This document shows positions 63,183-63,298 of a DNA stretch of 63,298 nt, piece after piece. Origin of the DNA: Chiloscyllium plagiosum (Eukaryota). The DNA lies in assembly GCF_004010195.1 (NCBI RefSeq), contig NC_057720.1:3271481-3334778 (forward strand), written 5' to 3'. The first letter of the stretch is position 1. Every line of letters begins with the position of its first letter. The notes under the pieces are model-generated. The model saw only the letters and a program-made list of their open reading frames with translations. It had not been told where the DNA came from and did no database searches. The position numbers were made by a program, and so were the translations under genes.

Positions 63183-63298
63183 TGGTTATCTGTACAAAAT
63201 CCCATGCAAGGACTGCACAAAACACTACATAGGACAAACAGGAAGACAGCTAACGATCCGCATCCACGAACATCAACTAGCCACGAAACGACACGACC
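63183..63298 (+). mobile_element. Penelope-like GIY-YIG fragment running off the window end
   Basis: YKIPCKDCTKHYIGQTGRQLTIRIHEHQLATKRHD, near-identical to 43227-43333. Confidence 0.88.

Overview
Eukaryotic, repeat-rich vertebrate genomic DNA, almost certainly elasmobranch (shark), as inferred from abundant HE1-type tRNA-derived SINEs with (AATCT)n tails, CR1/HER1-type LINE fragments and Penelope-like elements. There are three N gaps. Two spliced protein-coding genes lie on the + strand in the same order and orientation as at human 1p22.3: BCL10 (CARD exon 31912-32197 and terminal exon about 33039-33406; the first coding exon was not found) and a complete three-exon C1orf52 orthologue (49820-54998, 210 aa). 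The rest is mostly retrotransposon debris and minisatellites (26-, 33-, 22- and 42-bp units). The most notable points are: (1) a decayed LTR/ERV-like element with PBS-like, PPT and env-like transmembrane remnants; (2) minimal hammerhead ribozyme motifs in Penelope termini; (3) a Tigger-like MITE carrying a perfect 4.4-kb G-rich array just after the BCL10 stop; and (4) a CTCF/GC-box-like tandem array at the C1orf52 promoter. All very long ORFs in the track are repeat artefacts. I cannot demonstrate a wholly new biological system from the sequence alone. Repeat boundaries are approximate, and comparisons with human or consensus sequences are from memory, not from a database search.
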